The notes beneath the pieces are model-generated. The model made no database searches and had not been told where the DNA came from. It was given only the letters and a program-made list of their open reading frames with translations. 52,429 nt of DNA from an uncultured bacterium (GTDB taxonomy: Bacteria; DYJV01). Both the position numbers and the translations under genes were made by a program. Position 1 is the first letter of the stretch; each line of letters begins with the position of its first letter. The stretch lies in contig CAZIZE010000040.1 in the NCBI GenBank assembly GCA_964543655.1, positions 1 through 52,429 of the forward strand, read 5' to 3'. Below are positions 49,416-52,429 of this stretch, piece by piece.

Positions 49416-50712
49416 AATCTAAAACCTCACTTCCTGTAACTCTTTGTATTAAAAAATATTTTTTCAACACATTAAAATAATTTGTTTTTTCTTTCATTAA
49501 TGCATTGGTTTTAAGTGCCTCTGCATCTAATACATCAGTGTTGTCAGCAAGCCCCTCTTTATATTTAAGATTAATTATTCTGCAATATTCTCTGGCACTT
49601 TTTACAGCACTTTTTGAAACTTGTAGATTTGAAACTGCTGTAATATAATCTTCATACGCCTTTTTTACACCTATTAATACATTTGATAAGATATCTTTTT
49701 TTCTATTTTCAATGGCAAATTTGGTTTCTTTTAATGATTCTATTTCATGAATGGCATTTGTCCAATTGAGATTAAAGGAGAGTTTTGCCTGTAAAGCAAA
49801 ACTTCCTTTTTGATTAATATCTTTAATTGCATCAGAGTAGTTATAATCTCCAATTATTGCAATTTTTGGTTTTAATTCTGATTTCTTAGTTTCAATAAAA
49901 GAATCTACCTGCCTGATTCTATACTGAATTTCTTTAAGAACAGGTCTATTTTTTTTAGCCAAATTAAATAAGTTTTGTAAATTAATTTTACTTTTGATTT
50001 TTATATTGTCTATTTTTTCTACTTTATATGAAAAATCAACCTGTTTCCCCATAATAAGAGAAAGATTGGTTTTTGCAACTTTTATGCTATTGTTTATACT
50101 GTTAAGATTTTGGAGAGCTTCTTTTAATTTTACATCAGTTTGTAACACATCAATGTATGGAACAATTCCCTCTTTGTAAAAATTTTCTGCATCTTTTTTA
50201 TGTTTTTTTAGTGATTCTACATGCTTTTCTGCAATTTTTTTTACAGCATAGAGTTCAAGAATATTAATGTAAGCAATTTTTGTGTTATAAATGATATTTA
50301 GCTTTGTTTCCTTTACTTGCTCTTTTTTTATATTAATATTTTCAGTAGCAGCTTTAATGTTTCCAGAAATTAATCCACCTGTGTAGAGATTCAACTTTAT
50401 ACCAGTGGTTAATTCAATATAATCTTTTTCACTAAGTCTAATTGCCTTATTTCCAAATGGAGTGGCAAATTCAATAGCTTTTATGTTGTTAAGCTGATTA
50501 TAAGTTGATTGAAGAAAGAAGGAAGGCATTTTAAGCGAATTTGCAGCTTCTAATTTATAGTTTGAAGATTTTAATTCATGCTTTTTAGAAATTAACAAAT
50601 GATTGTATTTTAATGAGTTTTTAATAGCTTCATTTAATGTCAGCGCATTAACATTTATTATGTTTAAAGAAAATAGTAAAATGAAAAATATGTTTATAAA
50701 AAAAATTTTCAT
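49408..50712 (-). CDS. TolC-family outer-membrane efflux protein
   Basis: Signal peptide, LTLNEAI, LYTGG, YKEG...DVL (twice), RP.L motifs. ATG at 50712 behind GGAG. Confidence 0.9.
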   Translation of the reverse strand: MKIFFINIFFILLFSLNIINVNALTLNEAIKNSLKYNHLLISKKHELKSSNYKLEAANSLKMPSFFLQSTYNQLNNIKAIEFATPFGNKAIRLSEKDYIELTTGIKLNLYTGGLISGNIKAATENINIKKEQVKETKLNIIYNTKIAYINILELYAVKKIAEKHVESLKKHKKDAENFYKEGIVPYIDVLQTDVKLKEALQNLNSINNSIKVAKTNLSLIMGKQVDFSYKVEKIDNIKIKSKINLQNLFNLAKKNRPVLKEIQYRIRQVDSFIETKKSELKPKIAIIGDYNYSDAIKDINQKGSFALQAKLSFNLNWTNAIHEIESLKETKFAIENRKKDILSNVLIGVKKAYEDYITAVSNLQVSKSAVKSAREYCRIINLKYKEGLADNTDVLDAEALKTNALMKEKTNYFNVLKKYFLIQRVTGSEVLDYE

Positions 50713-50713
50713 C

Positions 50714-51268
50714 TTAATCTCCATTAAGAATATTAATTGCTTTCTTAACCTTATTTATTAAATAGTTTAAATCCTGGTTTTCAAATAAAATATCTTGCTC
50801 TATAATTTCTCTGAGAAATCCTGCGAGGATAGAGGATTTAATCTCAACTTGCTCCTTATGCTCTAATCTTTTTTCCAAATATGAATAGAGAAAATCCTTA
50901 AAATTTTTTTTAAAACTAAAATAGAGTTCCTGAAACTCATTGCCACTACTAATAGCTTCAAAAAGGAAAACTTTTGAAATTTTTTTTGACTCATAGATTC
51001 TTTTAATAAAAGCAATTAAAATATCATCTAAATTATCACCATGTAGAAATTTATTATTTAAAATGGATAGAGTCTCATTATGAAGAAGAAGTAGAATGTG
51101 CTTAAAGCAATCATTTTTGCTTTTAAAGTAGAGATAAAATGTGCCCTGGGCAACGCCTGCTTCTTTAACAATATCTGAAATTTTTGTTTTCCAAAATCCT
51201 TTTTCAGAGAAAATTTTAACTGCTGCTCTAAATAATTTATCTTTTGTGCTTTCTGACTGACTCATCAT
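50714..51268 (-). CDS. TetR/AcrR-family transcriptional regulator
   Basis: FSEKGF..TKISDIVKEAGVAQGTFYLYFKSK helix-turn-helix. Confidence 0.95.
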   Translation of the reverse strand: MMSQSESTKDKLFRAAVKIFSEKGFWKTKISDIVKEAGVAQGTFYLYFKSKNDCFKHILLLLHNETLSILNNKFLHGDNLDDILIAFIKRIYESKKISKVFLFEAISSGNEFQELYFSFKKNFKDFLYSYLEKRLEHKEQVEIKSSILAGFLREIIEQDILFENQDLNYLINKVKKAINILNGD

Positions 51269-51271
51269 TCA
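51254..51271. promoter_or_regulatory. Putative TetR operator overlapping the tetR start codon
   Basis: Minus strand TGAATGA-TGAG-TCAGTCA (7-4-7 palindrome, one mismatch); TTGACA at 51303-51298 with TATACAAT downstream. Confidence 0.65.
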
Positions 51272-51355
51272 TATTGTATAAAAAATTTTATATCTTTTGT
51301 CAATTTATTTTTTATAATTATCTTTATTTATGGTTAAAGTTAAAATTTACAGTTT

Positions 51356-51463
51356 AAAATCCAACGGTAATTTTTTTTACAAATATTCTTATTTTGCACA
51401 AAACCAGTTATTTTGAATGATTTTACCCGAAAAATTTCACAATTCAGGGTCGGTTTTGTATAA
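51356..51463. repeat. Copy of a dispersed intergenic repeat / MITE-like remnant
   Basis: 51356-51392 matches 12786-12820. GGTTTTGTATAA (51452-51463) is the exact reverse complement of TTATACAAAACC (12768-12779). ACAATTCAGGGT mirrors ACCCTGAAATTGT (12754-12766). Confidence 0.62.
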
Positions 51464-51512
51464 CTATCAAATATCGCTTGAATTTATCTATAATTTCTGA
51501 TAATTTATTAAT

Positions 51513-52429
51513 ATGAAACTCAAAAAACTTCCAATTGGACAATCTTCTTTTGAAAATCTAATAACAGGTAATTGTGTTTATGTTGATAAAACAGAGAAAT
51601 TATATAAACTAATTACAGAGGGACAGTTTTACTTTTTATCCCGTCCAAGAAGATTCGGGAAATCTCTTCTTGTGTCAACTCTTGAAAATATCTTTCTTGG
51701 GAACAAAGAATTATTTAAAGATTTATGGATATACACTTCAGATTATGAATGGAAAAAACATCCTGTTATTGTAATTGATTTTAATGAGGTTTTAGTTGAT
51801 ACTCCGGAAAATTTAAAATCAGGATTGTGCAGGGTATTTGACAAAATAGGTAAAGAACATGATATTTGCCTGGAATCAAAAGAAGAGAAATATAAGTTTG
51901 AAGAACTTGTGATATTGCTTGAGCAAAAATATAAAGAAAAAGTGATAGTATTGGTGGATGAATATGACAAGCCAATAATCTCTCATCTTGGTGAAGGGTC
52001 TGAAAGGTTAGAGATAGCAAAGAAAAACAGAGAGATATTAAAGAGCTTGTTCGGTACAATAAAAGGGAAGAATGTAATAAGAAATTTGAGGTTTGTGCTA
52101 TTAACAGGAGTGAGCAAATTTTCAAGAGCAGGAGTTTTCTCAGAGCTTAATAACCTCAATGATATTTCTATGAACTCCAAATATGCAGACTTACTTGGAG
52201 TAACTCAACAAGAACTTAAATTTTGTTTTGATGATTATTTGCAAGAAACAGCAGAGGAATTTTCAATAACTAAAGAAGAATTGATAAAAAAAATAATGAA
52301 TTATTACAATGGATATAGGTTTTCAAAAAAAGATTTAAAGGTAATTAACCCATATTCCTTATTTTGCTTTTTTGATAATCAAGATTTTAAAAACTACTGG
52401 TTTGAAAGCGGCACCCCGACATTTTTGGT
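51513..52429 (+). CDS. AAA-ATPase-like protein (PF09820 type, usually fused to a C-terminal PD-(D/E)XK nuclease); partial: runs off the right edge
   Basis: Not in the ORF track. Read by hand: MKLKKLPIGQSSF...YVDKT...LSRPRRFGKSL...LVDEYDKP...LTGVSKF...SELNNL...YNGYRF...NPYS...NYWFESGTPTFL. Confidence 0.93.
   Translation, partial: MKLKKLPIGQSSFENLITGNCVYVDKTEKLYKLITEGQFYFLSRPRRFGKSLLVSTLENIFLGNKELFKDLWIYTSDYEWKKHPVIVIDFNEVLVDTPENLKSGLCRVFDKIGKEHDICLESKEEKYKFEELVILLEQKYKEKVIVLVDEYDKPIISHLGEGSERLEIAKKNREILKSLFGTIKGKNVIRNLRFVLLTGVSKFSRAGVFSELNNLNDISMNSKYADLLGVTQQELKFCFDDYLQETAEEFSITKEELIKKIMNYYNGYRFSKKDLKVINPYSLFCFFDNQDFKNYWFESGTPTFL

Overview
AT-rich chromosomal window from what looks like an anaerobic, probably thermophilic, Gram-negative bacterium with a Desulfobacterota/deltaproteobacterium-like gene set (hcp, decaheme cytochrome c, IorB, TrmI, FabK). 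The taxonomy is inferred. About 47 CDSs are present, mostly housekeeping: purA, serA, prfB with its programmed +1 frameshift, ilvD, mtnP, yceD-rpmF-plsX-fabH-fabK-fabD-fabG, aroQ, pepQ, ribE-ribBA, feoB and a TetR-TolC-EmrA-EmrB efflux operon. Several systems lack a usual partner in the window (no cbiM, mlaE, modA, feoA, iorA, acpP/fabF or ribH). I saw no rRNA, tRNA, CRISPR array or transposase. The best leads are: (1) an MlaF/MlaD (MCE) locus whose MlaD has four GKGTxGK helical repeats and which is followed by a secreted protein of ~20 aromatic 'xWPFF' repeats and a DUF3108-like protein, a candidate undescribed envelope lipid-transport system; (2) a stand-alone 757-aa secreted mosaic protein; (3) a probable FmdB-family selenoprotein with a SECIS-like hairpin; (4) degenerate dispersed intergenic repeats shared among 4-5 loci; (5) a decaheme cytochrome divergent from hcp across an HcpR/FNR-like box; (6) a hairpin/terminator leader in front of the Ni/Co transporter genes; (7) ModE and TetR operators with apparent leaderless promoters.
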